Shown: positions 42,160 through 53,100 of the stretch, in pieces
How positions within the stretch are numbered: position 1 is the stretch's first letter
How the letters are laid out: each line of letters begins with the position of its first letter
IMG/VR virus record: IMGVR_UViG_3300020411_003161
Span: 260-64,259 of that record
Source of the DNA: a virus
Taxonomy: Duplodnaviria; Caudoviricetes
Strand: one strand, 5' to 3'
DNA length: 64,000 bases
The notes under the pieces: generated by a model
Databases searched by the model: none
What the model saw: only the letters and a program-made list of their open reading frames with translations
Told to the model about the DNA's origin: nothing
Translations under genes and position numbers: made by a program

Positions 42160-42166
42160 TAAATAT
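42159..42166 (-). promoter_or_regulatory. ATATTTAT putative late promoter
   Basis: Upstream of the 42127 gene. Confidence 0.6.
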
Positions 42167-42167
42167 A

Positions 42168-42410
42168 TTATTTTGATTCTTTAGTTAAAAGGTATTGTAA
42201 ATGATTTTGTAATTTTTGTAGTAAGTGATATATAAATTCTATTTCAACCCCCTTATACTCCATTTGTGCAAGTTTGGCTAAAACAAACTTAGTTTCATCC
42301 AAATTCAAACCCAAACCTACATCTACTTTTTCCGTTGGTTTTGGTTGTTCTTTCACAGAGTCTTCTACTTTTATTTTTTCTACTGTATCACCTAATGTTG
42401 TTGCACCCAT
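42168..42410 (-). CDS. Small helical hypothetical protein (possible fibre assembly chaperone)
   Basis: 80 aa, L.L.E..F.L..L....KG..IE..Y.L..KLQ, located among fibre genes. Confidence 0.65.
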   Translation of the reverse strand: MGATTLGDTVEKIKVEDSVKEQPKPTEKVDVGLGLNLDETKFVLAKLAQMEYKGVEIEFIYHLLQKLQNHLQYLLTKESK

Positions 42411-42429
42411 TTATAACCCTTTGTTTAAA

Positions 42430-43428
42430 TTATGAATAAATAAATATTTCCCCATCACCATTTATAAAAATCTCACCCTTTCCATATTTTTTATCACTAT
42501 CGGATGGAACATAATTACTAGCGGAATTGTGTAATTCTGGAGCATTTACTGTAGCTACATATTGTTCTGGATCTACAGCTGTATCACCAGTTGCAACATT
42601 TTCTGTTATAGACCATCTATTGTTTTTTGAACCTACACTATTTTTAAAAAGTAAACTTCCCTTTCCAGCAACAGAACCACTTTGTATTAAAATACCAGAA
42701 TCTAAGTTTGAACCCTCAGAGCCAGATGCTAGAAAGATAAATTGATCTGTTATAGTGGATGAATTAGCACTTATAGTAGAACCCGTTACAATCAAATCAC
42801 CAGCTATAACTGCATTTCCAGTTAAACTTACACTAGCAAAAGTCACATCATTAGTAGTCCCAACTCTTTGATTTCCAAACGAACCACTTATTGCATCACC
42901 TATTTGTTGAGAAGAACTTACTAATGTTTTACCATTAAGTGTGTCAATACTATTTTTATTTGTTGCAACTCTACTAGCTAAACTAGAACTTGTAGTGTTA
43001 AATGAACCACTTATTTTTACACCTGTTAAACTTCTTATGAATTCTTGATTTTCACCCAATGAACCACTTATCTGTGCTGCAGTGTAACTACTGAAAGTAA
43101 TTTTGTCGGTTGTGCTATTGGTTGTTATGGTTACACCACTACCACCTTCTAAAGTTAATGTATCAGTAGTAGAATCTGCTGTAACATCCGATTGACCAGA
43201 AACAGCTACAGTAGAAAATAAATTTTGACTTCCACCACCACCGCCACCACTTCCAAATCCAGAAGCTGCAGCTGATGAACTAACAGCTGTTGAAAAATCA
43301 TTACCACCTACCTTTATATGTCCAAATGAACCCGTAGAAGTTAATGAACCTGAAATATTACTATCAGTAGTTATCGCTTGTAAATGAGCGGAACTTCCGC
43401 TCGTTATAATCTTCTTCCAACTTGCCAT
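42430..43428 (-). CDS. Tail-fibre-related structural protein
   Basis: MASWKKIITSGSSA N-terminus shared with the 42127 gene, VSGQSDV.AD module, and C-terminal GEIFIYS. Confidence 0.8.
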   Translation of the reverse strand: MASWKKIITSGSSAHLQAITTDSNISGSLTSTGSFGHIKVGGNDFSTAVSSSAAASGFGSGGGGGGSQNLFSTVAVSGQSDVTADSTTDTLTLEGGSGVTITTNSTTDKITFSSYTAAQISGSLGENQEFIRSLTGVKISGSFNTTSSSLASRVATNKNSIDTLNGKTLVSSSQQIGDAISGSFGNQRVGTTNDVTFASVSLTGNAVIAGDLIVTGSTISANSSTITDQFIFLASGSEGSNLDSGILIQSGSVAGKGSLLFKNSVGSKNNRWSITENVATGDTAVDPEQYVATVNAPELHNSASNYVPSDSDKKYGKGEIFINGDGEIFIYS

Positions 43429-43431
43429 GAT

Positions 43432-44004
43432 TTATTTCCCTAAATAAAATTCCTTATCGGTTGAATTATAATACATAGCACCTTCCACTATGGTTGGTTC
43501 TGAATCAAAAGAACCAAATTTAACCACTCCTTCTTGATTAATATTAAGTGCTTCTTGAGCTCCACTCTTAATGGATACCAAATCTTTATCTACAGTAGTT
43601 GGTGCCAATCTAAAAAACGAATCAAAAGTATTTTGATGTTCACCAATATTCATTTCTTTGAAACTACCAGACCCATTTCCCACTATATTAAATGAATTTA
43701 AATCTAAATCACCACCTAATTGTGGAGTGGCATCTTCAACAATATTTGACATGCCAGCACCGCCAGTTTCTAAATTTGTGTTACCCCAATAAAGAGTTCC
43801 ACCTCTACTATGTAATTTATTTCCAGTCTGAGATGTTCCATTCTCTATCTCTAAATATTCACTTGTAGTGAAACTACCAGATACTCTAAAATCATCTAAT
43901 AAATCACCATCTCCATCGAAGATAGTCTTATCATCATCACGAACTTGAAGTAAGTGCTTAAAAGTATCTGAAATTAATGTTGGTCCTAAATTGTTAGTAG
44001 ACAT
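43432..44004 (-). CDS. Virion structural protein
   Basis: DATPQLGGDLDLN motif and C-terminal P..VEGAMYYNS...FYLG. Confidence 0.75.
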   Translation of the reverse strand: MSTNNLGPTLISDTFKHLLQVRDDDKTIFDGDGDLLDDFRVSGSFTTSEYLEIENGTSQTGNKLHSRGGTLYWGNTNLETGGAGMSNIVEDATPQLGGDLDLNSFNIVGNGSGSFKEMNIGEHQNTFDSFFRLAPTTVDKDLVSIKSGAQEALNINQEGVVKFGSFDSEPTIVEGAMYYNSTDKEFYLGK

Positions 44005-44010
44005 AACCTA

Positions 44011-44535
44011 TTATATTCTTCCAATAACCATATTATAAAAAGAGTCAAATTTTTCATTTAAATTAGCCTCTCTATAATAAGTATATAGAATATCCCTAAA
44101 AGTTTTTTTATTATTTACCATTTGTTTTTTGGTAATACCCATTTCTTTTAAAATTTTTATAAAATCATTGTGTTTATTTGATTTATCAATTTTTTCTATC
44201 ATAATTTTTGGTTTTACTGATTTAGTTCCTATTGATTCTACTTTAGCTTTTTTACTTGTCAAAACACTAAAAGCTTCCTCATAAGGTTGAAAATAAGCAT
44301 CCTCAGCAATTACTTCCAATTCCATTATCCCAGCTTCACCATCCTTTGAAATGTTTTTAAGCTTTGGCAATAAAATATTTCCCTTACCATTAGAATCTAT
44401 TGTTCCCTCAACCATAAGATTTTTATCATCAAATTTTAAGATAGCTCTTAACTTTGAATCACTTATAGCAGCCCCCTCTAATGCCACATTACATTCAAAT
44501 AATTCCGTTTTATCTGTATAAAGTTTAAGCGACAC
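44011..44535 (-). CDS. Hypothetical protein (beta-sandwich N-terminus)
   Basis: 174-aa ORF in the late operon, containing LEVIAEDAYFQP. Confidence 0.7.
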   Translation of the reverse strand: MSLKLYTDKTELFECNVALEGAAISDSKLRAILKFDDKNLMVEGTIDSNGKGNILLPKLKNISKDGEAGIMELEVIAEDAYFQPYEEAFSVLTSKKAKVESIGTKSVKPKIMIEKIDKSNKHNDFIKILKEMGITKKQMVNNKKTFRDILYTYYREANLNEKFDSFYNMVIGRI

Positions 44536-44845
44536 TTATAGATACCGTTGGTTTTTGTAATATTTCTTGTATCACTAAATCTATATCAGATACATCTACA
44601 TCTACATCTGGTGATATTTTCGCTGTATGTTTCACATCAACTCCATTTACCTTTAAAAAGAGTTCAATAAATCTCTCTTTCTTCTCAGGAGACTTCTTCC
44701 AAAGTTCAGCGTATTTTCTCCTTCGTCTTGAAGAACTACCACGTATTTGATCTAACTCATATGCTAAACTAAATTCAGCAAAAGTATACCTAGCCAAACT
44801 CCATTTAATATTTGACTGCGACCAAGTTGTTCCTCTAACACTCAT
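44525..44845 (-). CDS. Hypothetical protein
   Basis: 106 aa with an AAGGA RBS and an ATATTTAT motif upstream. Confidence 0.7.
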   Translation of the reverse strand: MSVRGTTWSQSNIKWSLARYTFAEFSLAYELDQIRGSSSRRRRKYAELWKKSPEKKERFIELFLKVNGVDVKHTAKISPDVDVDVSDIDLVIQEILQKPTVSISVA

Positions 44846-44864
44846 AATACACTATTCCTTATGT

Positions 44865-44872
44865 ATAAATAT
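44865..44872 (-). promoter_or_regulatory. ATATTTAT putative late promoter
   Basis: Upstream of the 44845 gene. Confidence 0.6.
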
Positions 44873-44902
44873 GTTGGTTGTTGTAAAAGATTGATGTAGA
44901 TT

Positions 44903-45631
44903 TTATATTCCATATATTCCTCTATACACATTAAAATTTTGGTTTATTTGATTTTCATTTAATGCAATTCCATTATAAAACAACACCGGACCAACATAAC
45001 CTGTAATCTCATCAGTTGTTGCAGTAGTTGATGTGTTACTATAACCACTTATGTAAGTATAATAACTTGTATTAATAGCTGAAGTAACAATTGTTCCATA
45101 ATCTGTATTAGCTAATACTCCATTATGATATAATTTAGTGCTCCCATCTCTATCACAAGTCCATGCAACATTTACCCAATTACCAGTCCATGTTTTAACT
45201 GAATCTACATTTACATAAACATCATTCATTCTACACCTCATCGAACCACTATAAAAAACCATCAAATATCCTGAGAAAGGGCTCCATTTATTAAAAATAT
45301 AAGCTGTATCTGTAGTTGTTAATTTTATCCACATTTGAATAGTAAAATCATTAGTACCTATATCAAAATCACTATCATCAATTATATAAGCAAAATCATC
45401 CGTTCCATCAAAACTCCAATGTCCTTCTGATTTTGAATCAGCACCATTTATCATGGTAAAATCATTTTCATATGCACTCAAATCTCTAATATAATTAGGA
45501 GGAGTTCCACCATTCTCACCCATCGAACCATAATCATATGGATCCAAATGTAATACAAGATTATCATTTTGTACAACCTCACCACCACCAATGAAGTGTC
45601 CATCGCTATCTATACCAATATTAATACCCAT
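44903..45631 (-). CDS. LamG domain virion protein
   Basis: LVLHLDP, FDGTDDF, DFTIQMWIK and YNG.ALNENQINQNFN. Confidence 0.87.
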   Translation of the reverse strand: MGINIGIDSDGHFIGGGEVVQNDNLVLHLDPYDYGSMGENGGTPPNYIRDLSAYENDFTMINGADSKSEGHWSFDGTDDFAYIIDDSDFDIGTNDFTIQMWIKLTTTDTAYIFNKWSPFSGYLMVFYSGSMRCRMNDVYVNVDSVKTWTGNWVNVAWTCDRDGSTKLYHNGVLANTDYGTIVTSAINTSYYTYISGYSNTSTTATTDEITGYVGPVLFYNGIALNENQINQNFNVYRGIYGI

Positions 45632-46362
45632 CAGATATCAAATCTCCCTCTATCAACACTAAAATTATAAGCAACCTCATCTGCAGATAGTGTTTTTTCG
45701 TAGACTCTAACGATAGCTATCTTACCATCAAAATATTTTGGTTTACTCGAACCACTCGTTTCATCCTTATGTCCTATTTTAAGATTTGTATTATCAAGAC
45801 CAGCAACAGTGAGATTTGGATTTGTTGTGCTTTGTGCCTCAAACTTACCATTCAAATATATTTTGGTTAATGGTGTTGTGGCATATGTACCAACAACACA
45901 ATAATATTTATTTGTAGTTAAAGTGCCCGTTGTCGAAGCTATAGCATGAGAAACACCATTAACACCCATTCTTAAAGTTCCATCATTTACTAAATCGATA
46001 CCAAAAGAACCTTGACCATCACCTTGTGTCACCAAACCACCCAACGAACCAATAACAGTATTCGATTTAAACCAAACTTCAATTGATAACTGTGATGTAG
46101 CACTAGCAAAAGATAGTTTTTGACCTATATCTACATAATCATTAGTACCATCAAACTCAAACATCGGACCTTTAATATCCGTAGTGTCTAACCCCAATCC
46201 ATTTACTAAGGTTGGATGTGTAGTGTTACCACTCAAATCAGTCCAAGTTGTACCTGTATTATCATATGATTTTTTATTACCAGCATCCAAATAAAGAAGT
46301 AGATTATCCCTTATAGGATGTTTTCCACCAATAAATCTTTCCGAAGTTGATTGTAACCCCAT
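45631..46362 (-). CDS. LamG domain virion protein
   Basis: LLLYLDAGNKKSY..TGTTWTDLSGN, FDGTNDYV and FDGKIAIVRVYEKTLS. Confidence 0.88.
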   Translation of the reverse strand: MGLQSTSERFIGGKHPIRDNLLLYLDAGNKKSYDNTGTTWTDLSGNTTHPTLVNGLGLDTTDIKGPMFEFDGTNDYVDIGQKLSFASATSQLSIEVWFKSNTVIGSLGGLVTQGDGQGSFGIDLVNDGTLRMGVNGVSHAIASTTGTLTTNKYYCVVGTYATTPLTKIYLNGKFEAQSTTNPNLTVAGLDNTNLKIGHKDETSGSSKPKYFDGKIAIVRVYEKTLSADEVAYNFSVDRGRFDI

Positions 46363-47171
46363 TATGTTAATCCATATCTGTTTGCATGTAATCTATAATT
46401 GTGTAAAATTTCAGTATTGTCTAATAATTTATTATAAAATAATATAGGACCAATCGCAGAACTTGAAGCATACCATGCACTAGCTGGTTTTCCATATAAT
46501 ATAGATCCAATAACAGCAACATCAGGATTACTTAAAGTACCAGCACTAGACCAATTACTTGAATTTCCCATTGTTTGTGTTGTTGATTGTGAAACCCCAT
46601 TTATATATAATTTATTATTCGAAACAGTTCTACTATATGTCCAAGCTATATTGTTCCATTGACCTGTAGCTAAATTTGATGTTGTTGCAAATGCATAAAA
46701 TGTATTTGTTGGTTTAATCAAACAAACTAATTTAGTACCAGTGGTTTCTTGGTCAGTATCTGTTGTCCCAAATGAAAAAGCCTTTGCATTACCAGAAGAA
46801 TAATTTCCTTTTGAAAAAAAAGTTTCTTCTATCTGACTTATCCGATATACCCACATCTGTATTGTAAAATCCCCTGTACTACCATTGACAAAAGAATTAC
46901 TAGTCATTGACATATAATCATTTGTACCATCAAATTTAAAATTATTATAATAACCACTTTGTAGTAAATCAGAATTATTTATATTAGCAAATGAAAAATC
47001 ATTTCCCGATGGACCATTTACTCCAGATAAATCTTCCAACTTCAATGCGGTGTCTCCACTATAAGATTTTTCGTCTGCGGGATCTAAAAACAATTGTAGA
47101 TTATCCCTTATTGGTCTGGTGGGTGTGACTAAATATCCACTGGTTGATGTACTTCCCATATTAACAGGCAT
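46362..47171 (-). CDS. LamG domain virion protein
   Basis: LQLFLDPA..SYSG, FDGTNDYM, DFTIQMWV and YNKLLDNTEILHNY. Confidence 0.87.
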   Translation of the reverse strand: MPVNMGSTSTSGYLVTPTRPIRDNLQLFLDPADEKSYSGDTALKLEDLSGVNGPSGNDFSFANINNSDLLQSGYYNNFKFDGTNDYMSMTSNSFVNGSTGDFTIQMWVYRISQIEETFFSKGNYSSGNAKAFSFGTTDTDQETTGTKLVCLIKPTNTFYAFATTSNLATGQWNNIAWTYSRTVSNNKLYINGVSQSTTQTMGNSSNWSSAGTLSNPDVAVIGSILYGKPASAWYASSSAIGPILFYNKLLDNTEILHNYRLHANRYGLT

Positions 47172-47173
47172 AA

Positions 47174-50100
47174 CTAATCCTCATCTACTGGTGTTAACGA
47201 TATCTTAAACTTCTTTCCAGTTAGATTATTAATTACATACAAATCATCCTTACCCTCTTGCAGTGTCCAATCACCTTTCGTACCATCAACCTTATTACCC
47301 TCTTCCCTATCCATATTGGAAAGCTGAAGGTCAGTGGTGTATACATTTCTCCATCTCAAAGTTGTTGAACCCAAATCATGAGTTGCAGAAGCACCAGGAT
47401 CTATATCACCAGTTACAGTTAATGTCGAACCATCGAAAGTTAGATTAGCCTCACCATCTAATTCAGTTGTAGTTGAACCTATGGTTACAAGTCTATTTTC
47501 AGTTTGATTATTTAAGGCTGTAATAGTTCCACCACTACCACCAGAACCACCAGCTCCCCATTCCAATGTTGTTCCACTTGATGGCCATTTCAATACATCA
47601 CCAGAAGTTCCTGTTGTATTTGGTATTGTATATTTCCCATCTATAGTTACAGAACCACTACTGAAGATACTACCCGTTATGTAGATGTTTCCAGGTGTTC
47701 CACTCGTTCCACCATCTGAATGTAATCCCCTATCCCCACTTCTCAAATATAAATCACCACCAACCCCAGCAGTAATTCCAGTAGCACCAGTATTAGCACC
47801 ATCTCCAGCGGCTATGATAATATCTCCACCCCTACCAACCTTTGTGTCGGTAGCAGATGATGAAGCGAAAGCGCCTTGCCCCTTTAGGGATATTGTATTT
47901 GGCGAACTAAAGGATGAGGTGTGTGATGAGTTGAAACTAATCTGTGGATTTAAATTTATACCATCAGCATTACTCGCCGATACATCAAACAACACAGCCT
48001 TTGGATTGACTTGTGTAAAAGATACGGACCTATTCGTAGCCAATTCCAAACCATCTCTGGTAAATTTAAAAAACTCACCTCTGTTTAGCTGTGCATTTAT
48101 ACCTTCAGGTGAAACCTCAACAACTGGTTTTGAACCCACAACAACACTAAAGTTATCAAATAAAACTATGGGTGTAAAAAATTCTCCCAATAGATCTTGG
48201 TTTGTGGTGACAGGATTGTATCCCAATCCCATACCGTGATATGCGTTATCATATCTCTCACCTGAATTGTTTTGGTCGAAAGTAGTTGCTCTTCCCCCAA
48301 TAAGTTCGTTTATCAAAACTAAGCTAACATTTCCAGTTTTGTCACTATTGGTGTTATTGGTGTAGTTAGATGAAAAGTTATGCCATTTATTCCAATCCTC
48401 ATGTGTGAAGGTTCTAGTAGGATGCTCATATGAGTAGGAGAATGCTGTTCTTTGTGCAACTACATCACTTCCTATTTTTAACTGTAGAATTATTCTAAAT
48501 GTCATACCTATTGTTCTATTCTGCCATGATGTGGAAACACCAGGTGTGATGCTAACCCCACTCAATGTTTTTCCAAAATGATTCTGAAAGACATAATCAT
48601 TATAAAGTAAATCTGGTATTAAGTAACTTCCACCAAAAGTTATACTAGAGCCAGGTTCCAAAGTCTGTGAGGTGGATGATTGTTGTGTCAATGTAGTTTT
48701 AAAGCTAAATCCCAATGCCGATGTACCATCTTTGATGTCATTATTGAAACTAGCAGAGACTGCTAGAAAGTTATCCCCAAATGGTGTCACATCCGAAGCC
48801 CTCTGAAATCTTCTATCCTCATTTGTCATTGATTTATTAGCAGGAGTATCAGCGTAGTCCTCACTTATAAGTTGATAATCCAAATCATTTCTACCAACGA
48901 CATAAGAGGAAGATACAGTTCCAAGACCACCAATACTTGGGTTGTTCAATGAATAAACCCCATCATCAGCAGCATTCCTTACAGTTGGTGTATCAATTGT
49001 CCACGAAGAAACATTATCAATAATCGGATATGATGCACCAGCACCAGGTCTTTCGAAAGATAGATTTGTCAATGGTTCGGATGTATCTGGTAAGGTAGAG
49101 AATTCAAAGTTAGCACCAACCCTCAATTGACTCGTATCATTATCCTTAAATTCCAATCCAACCATATTATCAGCAGAAGAGGTTAGAGCTATGGATTGTG
49201 TTAAACCAGCCCCAAAGGATTTAGATATAGCACTGTCACCCAATATCCATCCACCGATTGAACCACTATCAGCACTAATATTATTTGCAATTAAATCACC
49301 ACTTAGCTGTGCAGCTGAAGCTGTTATCTGTCCATTGGATTTCAATATTAAATTATTACCAGTGTCATTTATCTGTGTACCACTTATATCAAAACCACCG
49401 ATAACTCCTGAACCTGTTGCATTGATACTCTCAGCAGTCAACCTACCTTGTATCAAAGCATTTGAAGCCGTAAGTTGTCCAGTAGAACCTGTTATTGAAA
49501 ATACATCCCCACCACCAGCTCCAGCTGATAACTTACCCTCTTCTAATTTCAATCCACCTATGTTTCCAGCACTAGCACTTATGGTTCCAGCCAAATCTGC
49601 TCCGACAGCCGTTAGTATTCCACCATTGGTTAAACTAAAGGATCCAGCAGAAATCTGATTTGATGATATATTTATTCCACCAATATCACCACTACTTGCA
49701 GATACCTGACCTTCTATTGTCACATCACCATTCTGAGCTAATGTAAACTTATCTGATTGTATTTTTAGATTTCCATTTGAACCACTTATATATGTGCCTG
49801 TGGAAGAACCAAAATAAAATTTAGAAGAACTTATATCAAATCCACCCTCATCATATCGTAGATGTGAACCAGTCAATTCCCCAATATGTGCTTTTGTAAT
49901 GCTTTTACTTACTTCTAATTGAATTCCAGTTTCTCCAAACGAACCTGAACCTAAAGATATAGATGGTACAGAAGAATCAATTACTATTCCATTTTGTTCT
50001 GGCGAACTAACCTCATTAAGAGTTAGTCTCACTGTCATTTCATTTATAGCAAATGTTCCGCTTGATTGGTCTGGAAACCTTATTTTTGCACCAACAGTCT

Positions 50101-53100
50101 GCCCAGCCGTATATGAATAATTTGTTGTGTCTTCTCTTTCTATTTCATTTGTATTATTATCAGAACCAACTATATTTACAGGTGTTTGATCCACACCATC
50201 CAATATTACTATTAATTGAGCAACACCACTATCGCTGGTATCTGTAGTTGAACCTGTGTATTCAGCCTTTACTATCGTACCATCAAATTCCCTCTGTGAA
50301 GTTCCTATCATCGTCACATCCACATCACCAGATGTGTCACTACTACCATTTACACCAGAGGTTAATAAGAAGTCTGTCGATGAACCACTAGCTTTTATTT
50401 GTGTTGAATTTATTAAAAATCCACCTATGACACCAGCACTTGCAGTTATTGCACCACCTTTTAATGCAAATGTACTTGAACTTATTTCTAATTCACCATC
50501 AGAACCACTTATGAATTGTGAACCAACAGCACCTTTATTCCCAAAAACAAATGTCGAACCGCTAAATTCCAATTTAGATCCTGATATCTGTACTCCTGCT
50601 TGGTTTATGTTAAGAGCAGTTAAGTTTGAAGACGAATCATTATTAAGAGCAGTAACACTCAATTCTATACTACCAGTTGTAAGTTCAATCTGACTCAACC
50701 TTTGGTCTTGAGAACCCGTTGTATCGTTTATAGATGATACACTAAGATTAATGCTACCAGTCTCTAACTCTATCTCAGACAATCTTTGATTTTGAGAACC
50801 TGTAGCGGTGTTCAATGAGGATGTTGTAGCTTCTATCGCAGATACACTTAAATTTATACTACCAGTTGTCAACTCAATTTGACTCAACCTTTGGTCTTGT
50901 GAACCTGTCTCTTGATTTATTGAAGCCACACTTAGGTTTATGCTACCAGTCTCCAACTCTATTTGACTCAACCTTTGGTCTTGAGAACCCGTTGTATCGT
51001 TTATAGATGATACACTAAGGTTGATACTACCAGTTTCTAATTCGATTTGTGATAATCTATTATCCTGCGAACCTGTCGTCTGTTTTATCGATTCAACGCT
51101 TAGGTTTATGCTACCAGTGGTTAATTCAATTTGACTCAACCTTTGGTCTTGTGAACCTGTCTCTTGATTTATTGAAGCCACACTAAGATTAATGCTACCA
51201 GTCTCCAATTCGATTTGTGATAATCTATTGTCTTGTGAGGATGTAGTTTGATGTATTGAAGATACATTGAGATTAATACTACCAGTTTCTATTTCAATTT
51301 GACTTAACCTTTGGTCTTGGGAACCAGTTGTTTGTTTTATTGCTTCAACGCTTAATTCTATACTACCAGTTGTCAGTTCAATTTGCGACAACCTATCACT
51401 CTGCGAACCTGTTGTATCGTTTATAGATGATACACTAAGGTTGATACTACCAGTTTCTAATTCAATTTGACTTAACCTTTGGTCTTGGGAACCAGTTGTT
51501 TGTTTTATTGCCTCAACGCTTAGATTTATGCTACCAGTGGTTAATTCTATCTCAGCCAATCTCTGATTCTGTGTGGTTATGGAATCGTTTAATGAACCAG
51601 TTGTTGTGTTCAATGATGCTGTGGCACTTTCAATTGCAGATACACTTAGATTTATACTACCGGTAGTCAATTCTATGTCAGCTAATCTTTGATTTTGTGT
51701 AGCTATAGAAGTATTCAATGAGCCAGTTGTTGTGTTCAATGAGGCAGTGGCACTTTCAATAGCACTAACAGATAAGTTTATACTTCCTGTGGTTAGTTCT
51801 ATATCAGCCAATCTTTGATTCTGTGTAGCTATAGAAGTATTCAATGAACCAGTTGTCGTATTTAAAGAGGCTGTAGCAGTTTCAATAGCACTAACACTAA
51901 GATTAATACTACCAGTTGTCAACTCTATCTCAGCCAATCTTGCATCTTGTGTTGTTATTGAACTTTGTAATGAACCAGTTTCAGTATTCAAAGAAGTTGT
52001 TGTAGACTCAAGAGCACTCACAGACAAATTGATACTTCCAGTAGTTAATTCGATTGAACTTATTCTTGAATCTTGTGAAGTTATTGAATTTTGTAAAGAT
52101 GCTGTTGTAGCATTTAATGAACCAGTAGTTTGACCTACAGAAGCTGTGCTCTCATTTAATGATGATACACTAAGATTGATACTTCCAGTAGTTATTTCAA
52201 TTGCTGATATTCTAGCATTATGAGATCCCGTTGTATTATTTAATGAGGTAATTCCTAAATTTATACTTTGTGTGGTTGTGTTTATTGATGCTAAAGATTT
52301 AGATACATCACCATCTGATATGGCTAATGAACCAGTAATTGTTAGGGTGCTATTATCCCATTTAAATTTATCCTTTAAACTAAATTGTCCACTACTATCC
52401 AAATAAACACCAGTATCCGCTGTACCAAAAGTCCCCGCACCAGTGAACAACTTATTAGACTGCATTTTTATACCACCGATTGAACCAGTATTAGCAACTA
52501 TTCCACCCTGTAAGAAAACATTCTCCCCATACAAACCAAAACCAGCATTAGCAGGATTTGTACCATGTAGTTTTTCTTGACTTAATCCACTTAAATCTCC
52601 AAGTCTTGTTTTTAATTGTATATCATAAATAGCACTTCCAGTTCTTTCTACAACATCAATATAAGGTGTTGTAGAATCATTTGGATTTGCATTTAATCTT
52701 ATAAATCCCGTACCCTCTTTTCCAGTCGATACAATTACTTGTCCAGGTTCATAAGTTGTAGCAATTGAAGCGCTATCACCAAGGGAACTTGTATCATTTG
52801 TTCCAGGAAGTGAACCACTATATCCACGTTTCACATATAACTTACCACCAATATCTGTACCACTTTCTGGATTATTTCTTGACGAACTTTCAACCAACAT
52901 ATATTCTGTTGAGAAACCTGTATCTGTTACTTTCTTTGCAGATATTATTTCATTTGCCACAAATCCACCAATATTTGCAACACTCATAGTTGTAGCAGTA
53001 GAAGCTAATTGTGTAGAACCAGTAATAGTAGTTGAATTACCAACATATAATTGCCCACCAACTGCATTGACTGTTTCTTTTTCAAATACAGTTGTCGATA

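Noticed and set aside
50640-52300. Possible CRISPR array or non-coding tandem repeat
   Set aside because: The repeats are in frame, degenerate at third codon positions and lack unique spacers, so they are protein-coding repeats.
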